Below are positions 48,710 through 59,217 of a DNA stretch of 64,000 bases, piece by piece. How positions within the stretch are numbered: position 1 is the stretch's first letter; each line of letters begins with the position of its first letter. Position numbers and translations under genes: made by a program. Source of the stretch: Candidatus Oxydemutator sp. Its GTDB lineage: Bacteria > Pseudomonadota > Gammaproteobacteria > Poriferisulfidales > Oxydemutatoraceae. The notes beneath the pieces were generated by a model. That model worked only from the letters and a program-made list of their open reading frames with translations, ran no database searches and was not told the origin of the DNA. The stretch lies in the NCBI GenBank assembly GCA_965203445.1, contig OZ241883.1:992001-1056000 (forward strand), in the 5' to 3' direction.

Positions 48710-50458
48710 TCAGGCTTCGCCCGTGCGCGGCTTCGCCTCGCCTGCGACGCGCACAATCGCCTCCAATTTTTCGCGGATTTCCGGGTCAATCTCGTTTGCG
48801 GGCACGTGCCGGGCGAGTTCGTAGAAACTATTTTTGGCCATCGCGTTCGGAAGCCCTGTTTTTTGGAAGTAGGCACGGAACAGGGGGGTCAGAAAGTCAT
48901 TGCTCGCCTTGGTGCCGGCGTCCCAGGGGGAGCCTTTGCCAAGTTTCTCCATTGCCTCGGTGATTTCAGTGATGGCCTCGCGCATGGCCTTCATGCGCTT
49001 TTCGGTTTCGGATTGAGAATACAATGTATCCTCGCCGAAGTCCGTCCGTACGGACGCCAGCACGTATGCCTCCAAAGTGGCCGGCGAGCACAGGTAGTTT
49101 TCGATCTCCCGCCGTCGCCACGTCAGGCAGGCGACGGACTTTATGTCGGGCTCCACTTTCAGCCGATCAAAAAGAGCCACGCCTTTCAAATCCGGCCATG
49201 CCTCGCGCAAGCCGTGATAATGCGAGATGGCTTTCTTCGGCTTATCCTCCACGTAGTGCACAAACGGCTTGCGCAGTGCTTCTATCGCTTCGCCGTATTC
49301 GAGACGTTCGGCGAAAGCCTGCAACACCGCAAGGTCGGTCGAACCTTCGAGGTAGAGAACCCAGCCGGTCTGCTAGGCCTGGTAGTACTGCTCGAACCCG
49401 ATCTTTCTCAGCGCCTTCAGAACCTGGCCGCCGCGATCGGCAATCCGGTGCGGCTTGCCGACGAAGGCGATGACCAGGTCTTTGCCCGCCGCCTCGTTCA
49501 GCAGCACCTCGGAGTGGCTTGCGATTATGATCTGGCTGCCGCTGTCCGCGGCCGCGTCCGCAAGCAGCTTGTAGGTCTGCCGCTGGCGCAGAATCTCAAG
49601 GTGCGCGTCGGGTTCGTCCAACAGCAGCACCGCGCCGGGGTTGGCATACAGATAGGCCAGCAACAGCAGGGTCTGTTGCAGCCCGCGGCCGCTGGACGAG
49701 AGATCGAGGCTGACGGCCCGTTCCCGATATTCGCGGTAGCTCATCGCAATCTCGCCGCGCTCCCGAATGTAGCGCGCGTCGTCGAGTTCCGCCCCGAAGA
49801 GGTCCTTTATCCGGCTTTTTAATTCTTTCCATTTGTCCGGCTGTCTCTCCTGAATGCGGAAGCACAAATTGCGCAGCACCTCGGCCGTGCGGCCTTCGCC
49901 GACGCGTACGTTCATCGCCCCGTCGTCCAGGCGCGTCTCGGTCGCCGCGAGGCCGGACATCGGCGGCAGGAAGGCGATCCGGGTGGCGACGGCATCTTCC
50001 GGCACCGGCATCCGCGAGTCGCCCTTGTCATCCAATCGCAAAGGCCGGCAGTAGAAAGACTCCGGGTTCGCATAATCGAACTCCAGACCGCATTTCCACC
50101 GCCGGCCTTTGGCGGTTCCTTCGACGATGACGTCAATCCGGACGTTGTCGGTCTTTTGTTTGCCGCCGACTTTCTGCGTATTCCGCACGTGCAGCCCCTG
50201 CCACAGCAGATTCGCGTCCGGCACCGGAACGGCGACGAGGTCCTGGCGGTTGACGGTGACGCCGGGGCGCTTTTCCGGCGCGCTTTTGCCTGCGCGTTTC
50301 TCGCTCCAGCGCTTCGCCCCGACGTCCCACAACGCCAGCGCCTGCATGGCCGAGGTCTTGCCCGAATTGTTCGGCCCGATGAACACGACCGGGTTGCCCA
50401 ATTCGATCTCGACCTCGCCGAAGCATTTGAAATTGCGGATGGTGATTCTGGTGAGCAT
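48710..50458 (-). pseudogene. ABC-ATPase/TOPRIM-like (OLD-like) gene interrupted by one in-frame TAG
   Basis: GPNNSGKT, SGRG, LLDEPDAHL, ASHS; YYQA*QTGWVLYLEGSTD continues in frame across the TAG at 49373-49375. Confidence 0.8.
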
Positions 50459-50539
50459 CGGAAAGCGGATTATATACTTGCGGCCCGAACCGACGCCCGG
50501 CGTTGGCCAATCCGGTTATTTTCCCGTACACTTCGCACC

Positions 50540-51541
50540 ATGCTCGACCCAAAAGAGAAAAAGAAGATCGCAATCCTTGTTGCTGGAATGCACCGGAGCG
50601 GTACGTCGGCGCTCACGCGCGTGCTGAACCTGTCGGGGTGCGATTTGCCGAAGACCATACCGGGGCCGGACCCTTATAATCCGAAAGGCTACTGGGAGTC
50701 GCCGAGGTTCATGGACTTGAACGACGACATCCTCGCGTCCATAGGCGCGATTTGGTACGATTTTCACTCCTCCTTCGATTCGTCCTGGTATGCCTCGCCC
50801 GTGGCCGATGCTTTCCGCAAACGTGCCCTGGCGGATCTCTACCATGAGTTTGGGGAAAGTCGCCTGTTCGTGCTGAAGGACCCCCGCATATGCCGCCTGC
50901 TGCCTTTCTGGATTGAGGCACTGAATGCTTTCGATGCCGAAGTGCGGATTGTCTTGCCACTGCGAAGCCCGCTTGACGTCGTGGCGTCCTTGAGAAGCCG
51001 AAGCCACCCACGGGGGCTTCCCCCTGCTTTCGGCCATTTGCTGTGGCTGCGGTATGTTCTCGAAACCGAGGCGGCTTCGCGTGGCTTCAAGCGTGTCTGG
51101 CTGCGTTACGACACATTCTTGGAGAAGCCCCATGAAAGCATAGACAGGATCAGTGCTGCGCTCAACCTCCCTTATCTAAAGCAGGCATCCGCGCGGAGCA
51201 AGGTCGAACTATTCCTCTCCCGAGACCTGCGCCACCATCGCAGCGGTGACGCTTGGCTTCTGGCGCCTCCCGAGGTTCTGCACCCCCAGATTAAATCGAG
51301 TTTTGAGATTCTCGATCGCTGGTGCCGCGATGACGTTTCCTCGGCCGATACGACGACACTTGATATGATTAAATCTACCTTCGACGCAATGACTCTACCC
51401 TTTTCGTATATCTTGCAGCAGGAAAAGGAGAAACACGCGTGTGAACTTGCAGAACTGCTCGCTTCCAAGAGTTGGCGGATAACCGCCCCACTCCGCTGGT
51501 TGCGCAGGAATTTTTTCAACAGGCCTACGACGCCAGCCTGA
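50540..51541 (+). CDS. Sulfotransferase-family protein
   Basis: GMHRSGTS PAPS-binding loop, N.KGYWE, LKDPR, R.P..V..SL, SKSWRITAPLR. Confidence 0.8.
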   Translation: MLDPKEKKKIAILVAGMHRSGTSALTRVLNLSGCDLPKTIPGPDPYNPKGYWESPRFMDLNDDILASIGAIWYDFHSSFDSSWYASPVADAFRKRALADLYHEFGESRLFVLKDPRICRLLPFWIEALNAFDAEVRIVLPLRSPLDVVASLRSRSHPRGLPPAFGHLLWLRYVLETEAASRGFKRVWLRYDTFLEKPHESIDRISAALNLPYLKQASARSKVELFLSRDLRHHRSGDAWLLAPPEVLHPQIKSSFEILDRWCRDDVSSADTTTLDMIKSTFDAMTLPFSYILQQEKEKHACELAELLASKSWRITAPLRWLRRNFFNRPTTPA

Positions 51542-51551
51542 CTATTCAACT

Positions 51552-52298
51552 ATGCCCGACCCGTTCATCCAGGGCGTCGTCGTCGAAAACAGGCACTGGA
51601 CCGACCAGCTGTACTCGTTCAAGATAGACGCCGATGTCAAGCCGTTCACGCCCGGCCAGTTCGGCAGGGTGGCGCTGGACGTCGGCGACAAGCGGGTGGC
51701 GCGGCCTTATTCGTTCGTCAACGCGCCCGGCGAGGCGCACCATGAGTTTTACTCGATCATCGTGCCGGAGGGCTTGTTGTCGCTGCGCCTGCACGCGCTT
51801 GTGCCTGGCGACAAGGTGTGGGTGGCGTCGTCCGCGGCCGGGTTTTTTACGCTCGACGAGGTGCGCGCCGGCAACGAGTTGTGGATGTTGTCCACCGGCA
51901 CCGCGCTCGGTCCGTTTTTGTCCATCCTGAAGAGCGACGAGGTCTGGCGGCGGTTCGTGCGCATCGTGCTGGTGCACGCGGTGCGCAGGGTCGAGGAACT
52001 GACCTACCGCGACGTGATTGCAGGCTTCGAGAAGCGCGACGCCGAGCGTTTTGTGATGGTTCCGTTCGTAAGCCGCGAGGCGTGCGACTTTGCGTTGGGC
52101 GGGCGCGTGCCGGCGGCGGTTGAGAGCGGGGCGCTTGAGGAGCGCGCCGCAACAAAGTTCGACGCGGCGACTTCGCAGGTGATGATCTGCGGCAACCCGG
52201 GCATGGTCGAGGATACCAGCCGCGTGCTGAAGGCGCGCGGCTTCAAGAAGAATCGCCGCCGCGATCCCGGCAATATCACGACCGAGAATTACTGGTAG
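51552..52298 (+). CDS. fpr: Ferredoxin/flavodoxin-NADP+ reductase
   Basis: RPYS, STGTALGPF, MICGNPGM, ENYW end. Confidence 0.93.
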   Translation: MPDPFIQGVVVENRHWTDQLYSFKIDADVKPFTPGQFGRVALDVGDKRVARPYSFVNAPGEAHHEFYSIIVPEGLLSLRLHALVPGDKVWVASSAAGFFTLDEVRAGNELWMLSTGTALGPFLSILKSDEVWRRFVRIVLVHAVRRVEELTYRDVIAGFEKRDAERFVMVPFVSREACDFALGGRVPAAVESGALEERAATKFDAATSQVMICGNPGMVEDTSRVLKARGFKKNRRRDPGNITTENYW

Positions 52299-52325
52299 GC
52301 GCCGCCGCCCGTCGCGTCCCCGCCG

Positions 52326-53240
52326 TCACTCCCCTTTGCCGCCGCCCCCGTCCGCCGCGACGATGCGGTTCGCCAGTTTGCCGACGCTCTCGACCTCGCA
52401 TTCGATCAGATCGCCCGGTTGCAGATATTCCGGCGGGTTGCGCGCGTAGCCGACGCCGTCCGGGGTGCCGGTCGAGATCACCATGCCCGGTTCCAGCGCT
52501 AGGCCGCGCGACAGGATGGCGATCACCGTCGCGACGTCGAAAATCTGCGAGGCGGTCGTGGAGTTCTGTTTGATGACGCCGTTCAACGTGCTCGAGAGCG
52601 CCAGGTTTTGGGGGTCGGGAATCTCGTCGGCGGTGACGATGCACGGCCCCATCGGGCACGAACCGGGCAGGCTCTTGCCGATGAAAAACTGCCTGTGTCT
52701 TTTTTGCAGGTCGCGCGCGGTGACGTCGTTGATCACGGTGTAGCCGAAGACGTGCGCAAGCGCCTCGTGCTTGCCGACCTTGCGCGCGCCGCGTCCGATA
52801 ACGACCCCCAGTTCGACCTCCCAGTCCATCCGCCGCGACACGTCGGCGTCGTACACAAAGTCGTCGTAGGGGCCGGCGACGCTCGACGCGTCCTTTGTGA
52901 ACACGACCGGATGCTCCGGCAGTTTGCTCTCGCGCCCGGCCTTGGCCGCGGTCTCCTGGACGTGGTCGGCGTAGTTCCAGCCGAGGCAGATGACGTTCTG
53001 GCGCGGGCGTGGGATCGGCGCCAGCAGGCGCACGTCGCGCCCGGCGACCGCGATGCTGGCGCCGGCCGCGGCGATGAACTCGCGCACCTCGTCCAGGCCG
53101 CGCGCGCCGGCGTCTATCAGCGCCAGCATATCGGGATAGCGCGCGCGCCAGTCGCGGTGCAACGCCGGCAACAGCGCACGCTCGCCGTCCATCACGCCTA
53201 TATGCGTTTTGTTCCGGTAGCGGCAGGTGATGAGTCTCAT
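52326..53240 (-). CDS. Fumarylacetoacetate hydrolase family protein
   Basis: GWNY.DH, DWEVELG, NDVTARDLQ, TGTPDGVG. Confidence 0.9.
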   Translation of the reverse strand: MRLITCRYRNKTHIGVMDGERALLPALHRDWRARYPDMLALIDAGARGLDEVREFIAAAGASIAVAGRDVRLLAPIPRPRQNVICLGWNYADHVQETAAKAGRESKLPEHPVVFTKDASSVAGPYDDFVYDADVSRRMDWEVELGVVIGRGARKVGKHEALAHVFGYTVINDVTARDLQKRHRQFFIGKSLPGSCPMGPCIVTADEIPDPQNLALSSTLNGVIKQNSTTASQIFDVATVIAILSRGLALEPGMVISTGTPDGVGYARNPPEYLQPGDLIECEVESVGKLANRIVAADGGGGKGE

Positions 53241-53250
53241 CGGATGGGCC

Positions 53251-54954
53251 TCATTGCTCGGACGGGCGCCGTGCGGACGGCGGCAGTTGCGCGAAGTAAT
53301 CGCCGATGTAGCGCTCGAGGGTGCGCTCGTCTTCGTTTTCTATTTCGGTCTGGCGGCGGTGGCTGTCTTGCGCGATACGGTCGAACGCCTCGCGTTGCGC
53401 GTCGTCGGGGGAACGCGCCTTATAGTGGCTGCGAAAGCGCGCCGCCTGGTTCTCGACGAAGCCGACGAAACTCCAGCCGCCCTCGTGCATCGTGTCGAGC
53501 ATCCGCGCCGACGGGCACAGCGAGGAATGCCGGAACTTGTCCATCTGTTCGCGCAGCGCCGCCGCGTAACTGACGGCGCCGTCGCGGCTGTCGCCATCGT
53601 TGTCGTCGTCGCCCGCGGCCCCGCCGTTCGTGTCCCCGCTCGCGCCGCCGTCGAACAATTCGCACACCGGCCACAGCCGCTCGCAGATCTCCAGCCCCCA
53701 TTCGCGCAGCGCGATCGTCCGCCCGTCGCGGCTGAGCCCAAGGCCCGACCGCCGCCCCTCGTGCGCGGTTATGATCTCGTTGTGGTCTATTTCCTTGCGC
53801 GCGGCGTCGTCCATCGCCGGGCTTCGCGCGAGCAGGCAGAAAAACGCGAGCATCTCGATGAACTTCAGTTGCGCCTCGCCGACGCCGGCGGGCTGGAAGA
53901 CGTCGACGTCGAGCGAGCGCAACTCGACGTACTCGACGCCGCCGCGGTAGAGCGCGGCGAGCGGCATCTCGTCTTTTGCCGAAGTGCGCTTGGGGCGCAT
54001 CGTGCCGTAGTACTCGTTCTCGATTTGCAGTATGCAGGCGTTGATCTGGCGGTATTCGCCGCTGACTTTGACGCCGACCTCGCGGTACGGCGGGTGCTCG
54101 GTCGTCACCGCGCGCGCGAGACTTGCGACGTAACCGTCGAGGCTGTTGTAATCGGCGCGTAGGCCGATGGCGGCCTCCTGGTTGTTCTGGTAGCCGATGT
54201 CGCCCATGCGCAGCGAAGTGGCGTGGCGCCCGTAGAGCGTCGTCTCGTCGAATTTCTCGAGCCGGCGATGCGCCGACGAACCGAGAAAAGAGCGGCAGAT
54301 CGCGGGAGACACGCCGAACAGGTACGGAATCATCCAGCCGATGCGCAGGAAGTTGCGGATCATCCCCATGTAGCGCGCCGAGCGAAACGCCGCGCTCGCC
54401 TCGCCGTCGCGCGCGCCCGAACCCGGCAGCGCGGCCAGCGCGCGCCAGCAGTCGTCGCCTGGCGAGTAGTTGAAGTGGACGCCGGCGATGACCTGCATCG
54501 TGCGCCCGTAACGATAGCCGAGGCCGCGCCGGTAGATCGTCTTCATGCGCCCGACGTTCGACGCGCCGTAGCGCGCGAGCGGTATTTCGGTCTCGTCCTT
54601 GACGATGCACGGCATGCTCGCCGGCCACAGCAGTTCGCCGTCGAGCCGCGCATAGACGTGGGCGTGGCTTTGTTCGAGAAACGCGAGCGCGTCGCGCGCG
54701 CCCGGCAGCGGCGGCGTTACGAACTCGATCATCGCCTCGGAGAAGTCGGTGGTGATGGACGGGTGCGTCAGCGCCGAGCCGAGCGCGCGCGGGTGCGGCG
54801 TCTTTGCGAGCAGCCCGCGCGGGCCGACGCGCAGTGCCTCCTTCTCGAGGCCGATGCGCCGTCCGGCGCGCACCAGACGCGCGCCACCGCTTGCGGCGAG
54901 CGCCGCGGCGTGCTTTTCGACTTCGTGGTAGCGTTCCACGTCAGCGCCGAGCAA
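53251..54954 (-). CDS. gshA: Glutamate-cysteine ligase
   Basis: GLEKEALR, ITTDFSE, YGRTMQ.IAGVHFNYS, LQIENEYY; start uncertain. Confidence 0.93.
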   Translation of the reverse strand: MLGADVERYHEVEKHAAALAASGGARLVRAGRRIGLEKEALRVGPRGLLAKTPHPRALGSALTHPSITTDFSEAMIEFVTPPLPGARDALAFLEQSHAHVYARLDGELLWPASMPCIVKDETEIPLARYGASNVGRMKTIYRRGLGYRYGRTMQVIAGVHFNYSPGDDCWRALAALPGSGARDGEASAAFRSARYMGMIRNFLRIGWMIPYLFGVSPAICRSFLGSSAHRRLEKFDETTLYGRHATSLRMGDIGYQNNQEAAIGLRADYNSLDGYVASLARAVTTEHPPYREVGVKVSGEYRQINACILQIENEYYGTMRPKRTSAKDEMPLAALYRGGVEYVELRSLDVDVFQPAGVGEAQLKFIEMLAFFCLLARSPAMDDAARKEIDHNEIITAHEGRRSGLGLSRDGRTIALREWGLEICERLWPVCELFDGGASGDTNGGAAGDDDNDGDSRDGAVSYAAALREQMDKFRHSSLCPSARMLDTMHEGGWSFVGFVENQAARFRSHYKARSPDDAQREAFDRIAQDSHRRQTEIENEDERTLERYIGDYFAQLPPSARRPSEQ

Positions 54955-55519
54955 GCCCGGCCGCGGCCAGCCGCCCCCAATCGAAGAAATCGCCCGGGTC
55001 GGTCTTGCGCCCGGGCGCTACGTCGCTGTGGCCGACGACGCGCTTCGCGTCCAGCGTCGGATAGGCGTCCATCAACGCGCGCAGCATCTCGATCAGGCGC
55101 TCGTATTGCGCGGGTTCGTAAGGTTCGGAGTCGCTGCCCTCGAGTTCGATGCCGATCGAGAAATCGTTGCATTGCTCGCGGCCGCGGTAACTGGACTCGC
55201 CGCAGTGCCACGCGCGCCCGTCGAACGGCACGAACTGCACGATCTCGCCGTCGCGCCGGATGAACAGGTGCGCCGATACGCGCAGGTCGTGCAATTCCTG
55301 ATAAAGCGCGTGCGCCTCCTCGGGGGCTTGCGCGTCCGGCGCCTCGAGCGTGTTTGTGAACAGCCGTTCGATACCGTCGCCGCCGTATTCGCGCGGCGGC
55401 ACGCTGATGCCGTGGATGACGATCAGCTCGGGCACGACTCCGTCGGGGCGTTCGTCGGCGTTTGGCGACGGCACGTAGCGCGCCTCCGCGAGCAGGTGGC
55501 TTTCGGCGTCAATTCTCAC
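54941..55519 (-). CDS. ampD: 1,6-anhydro-N-acetylmuramyl-L-alanine amidase
   Basis: SPNADERP, VSAH, RAWHCGES, GHSDVAPGRKTDPG. Confidence 0.93.
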   Translation of the reverse strand: MRIDAESHLLAEARYVPSPNADERPDGVVPELIVIHGISVPPREYGGDGIERLFTNTLEAPDAQAPEEAHALYQELHDLRVSAHLFIRRDGEIVQFVPFDGRAWHCGESSYRGREQCNDFSIGIELEGSDSEPYEPAQYERLIEMLRALMDAYPTLDAKRVVGHSDVAPGRKTDPGDFFDWGRLAAAGLARR

Positions 55520-55524
55520 GTCGT

Positions 55525-56043
55525 CTATTCGGAGGGCTGCTTCAGGCTGCGGCGATAGAGGTCGAGCATTTCGTCGCCGAAACAGACGAAGATGATTTCG
55601 AGGTCGGCGGGCGCGTGTTCGGCGCAGGTTGCGACCGCGACCGCGGCCGCCCGCTCCGGCGGGTAGCCGTAGATGCCGCAGCTGATCGCCGGAAAAGCGA
55701 CGTGTCGCAGCGAGTGCTCCGCCGCCAGCCGCAGGCAGTCGCGGTAACAGGATGCGAGCAGTTCGGCTTCGCCTTTATCGCCGCCGCGCCAGACGGGGCC
55801 TACGGTATGGATGACGTGGCGTGCCGGCAGGCGGTGGCCGGACGTGATGCGTGCCTGGCCGGTCGGGCAGCCGCCGATGCGCCGGCATTCCTCGAGCAGT
55901 CCGGGCCCGGCGGCGCGGTGGATCGCGCCGTCCACGCCGCCGCCGCCCAACAGCGACTCGTTGGCCGCGTTGACGATGGCATCCACCGCGAGGGTCGTGA
56001 TGTCGCCCTCGAGCGCACGCCAGTTTCTGGTAACCGAACCCAT
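55525..56043 (-). CDS. Macro domain protein (O-acetyl-ADP-ribose deacetylase, YmdB-like)
   Basis: [41 protein letters not shown]. Confidence 0.9.
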   Translation of the reverse strand: MGSVTRNWRALEGDITTLAVDAIVNAANESLLGGGGVDGAIHRAAGPGLLEECRRIGGCPTGQARITSGHRLPARHVIHTVGPVWRGGDKGEAELLASCYRDCLRLAAEHSLRHVAFPAISCGIYGYPPERAAAVAVATCAEHAPADLEIIFVCFGDEMLDLYRRSLKQPSE

Positions 56044-56123
56044 CGCTACAAGTCCGCAAAGCGGGAGCAAATTATATGCCGTAATCCGCCCGCCTGCCCA
56101 CCGCCCTTGGTTCTGCAACCCGC

Positions 56124-56154
56124 AAAAGAAAGCCCCGCGTTTGCGGGGCTTTCT
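56124..56154 (-). terminator. Rho-independent terminator after groEL
   Basis: AGAAAGCCCCGC-gttt-GCGGGGCTTTCT hairpin with a T-run on the minus strand. Confidence 0.85.
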
Positions 56155-56175
56155 CCTAAGTCACCTCGGGAGCGC

Positions 56176-57864
<1,689 letters not shown>

Positions 57865-58155
57865 TCAGGACTCGATGACGGCCATGATGTCGTCTTCGCG
57901 CATCACCACCAGATCGTCCCCGTCCAGCCTGACTTCGGTGCCGGAATACTTGCCGAACAGCACCGTTTCGCCGACTTTGACGGTAACCGCGCGCACTTCG
58001 CCGTTGTCCATGACGCGGCCGTCGCCGACCGCCAGGACTTCGCCCTTCATCGGCTTCTCAGTGGCGTTGTCCGGGATCACGATACCGCCCGGGCTGGTTC
58101 TTTCTTCTTCCATGCGTTTGACCACAACGCGGTCGTATAAAGGTCGAATCTTCAT
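57865..58155 (-). CDS. groS: Co-chaperonin GroES
   Basis: [23 protein letters not shown]. Confidence 0.98.
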   Translation of the reverse strand: MKIRPLYDRVVVKRMEEERTSPGGIVIPDNATEKPMKGEVLAVGDGRVMDNGEVRAVTVKVGETVLFGKYSGTEVRLDGDDLVVMREDDIMAVIES

Positions 58156-58263
58156 CGCTGAGATTCCTCCGAGTCTTTTTGTTCTTATGTTGATTTTGAC
58201 GGATGAATTTCACTGACCGTGCGGCTTCGAGAGCGCCGCTTGGGACAGCAATGCAAGCCCACT

Positions 58264-58291
58264 ATATAGGGACGGGCCTCAGAAAATCAAG
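58264..58291 (-). promoter_or_regulatory. Sigma32-type heat-shock promoter of groES
   Basis: Minus strand CTTGAT-N14-CCCTATAT versus consensus CTTGAA-N13/15-CCCCATnT. Confidence 0.65.
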
Positions 58292-58320
58292 GCAGGCGGG
58301 TGTAACTTATTGTCATGGAG

Positions 58321-58794
58321 TTATTTTTTTGTAGTTCCCGAATCGGGGTCGCGGCGCCGGTATTCGCCCTCGATCACGTTCGGGCCGCGCGCGTGGCCGT
58401 GCCCTCGGTCATAGCGGCGCACGACCCAGGTCCACGGCAGCCACGGCAGCAGAAAGCGAATCAGGAAGGCGCGGCTCGCCGGCAGCAGGCACGACAGCCC
58501 GAGGGCATCGGTGAAGAAGCCGGGCGTCAGCATCAGCGCCCCGCCGGCCAGCACGAACGCGCCGGTGAGCAGCTCTTGCGCCGGCGACTCGCCGCCGGAC
58601 ATTGCCATCCCCAGCCTGACGAGGACTTCCGGCCCCTGCCGGCGCAACAGCGAGACGCCGACGGCCGCCGTCGCCAGCGTCAGCAGCACCGTCGCAAATA
58701 CGCCGATCTCGCCGCCGACCGAGATAAACAGCGAAATCTCGACGAGCGGCACGAGAAAGAACACGATGAGCAACAACAACGGTTTCATGCGCAA
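58321..58794 (-). CDS. fxsA: FxsA family membrane protein
   Basis: PLVEI, PGFFTD, VIEGEY; upstream of groES. Confidence 0.88.
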   Translation of the reverse strand: MRMKPLLLLIVFFLVPLVEISLFISVGGEIGVFATVLLTLATAAVGVSLLRRQGPEVLVRLGMAMSGGESPAQELLTGAFVLAGGALMLTPGFFTDALGLSCLLPASRAFLIRFLLPWLPWTWVVRRYDRGHGHARGPNVIEGEYRRRDPDSGTTKK

Positions 58795-58878
58795 CCCCCT
58801 GGGGGGAATTATAGATTAGTTTTCCTTTTCTAAAGGGTTGCCTGCCAACCCCCTTATTTCCCCTATAATCCCACGGTC

Positions 58879-59217
58879 ATGAAAAACACGCCCGATGCAA
58901 GCCTCGAGGAGCTGCTGCTGGTGCAGACGACCGTCGGGGAGGCCGAGCAGGCCGAGACTATCGGCAAGTTGCTGGTCGAGGAAAACCTGTGCGCCTGCGT
59001 GCAGGTCGGCGGGCCGGTCTCGTCGGTTTATCGTTGGCGCGGGCGCGTCGAGAATGAGCGCGAATACCTGCTGACGGCGAAGACGACGCGCCCGCGCTAC
59101 GCCGAGCTGCGCGCCCGCCTGTTGCAAGTCCATCCGTACGAGCTGCCCGAGATCGTCGTGGTCGCGGTGCGGGCCGACGCCGCTTATGCCGGCTGGGTTC
59201 AGGAGCAATGCCGATGA
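58879..59217 (+). CDS. cutA: Divalent-cation tolerance protein CutA
   Basis: L.ACVQ, SVYRW.G, HPYELPEI. Confidence 0.92.
   Translation: MKNTPDASLEELLLVQTTVGEAEQAETIGKLLVEENLCACVQVGGPVSSVYRWRGRVENEREYLLTAKTTRPRYAELRARLLQVHPYELPEIVVVAVRADAAYAGWVQEQCR

Noticed and set aside
31351-49375. Amber recoding or readthrough suggested by several in-frame TAGs in island genes
   Set aside because: Core genes (trkH, fpr, aroQ) end normally at TAG, and the IS copy also has TAA stops and a frameshift; ordinary decay explains it
29950-51545. Island as a prophage, ICE or integron
   Set aside because: No integrase, phage structural genes, conjugation genes, tRNA target or regular attC array was recognisable
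53570-53660. Gly/Asp-rich insertion in GshA
   Set aside because: Short low-complexity loop with no repeat or intein features; likely neutral
55525-56043. Macro domain gene as the Thoeris type II effector
   Set aside because: Soluble YmdB-like protein without TM helices, about 14 kb from the TIRs, among housekeeping genes with host-like GC
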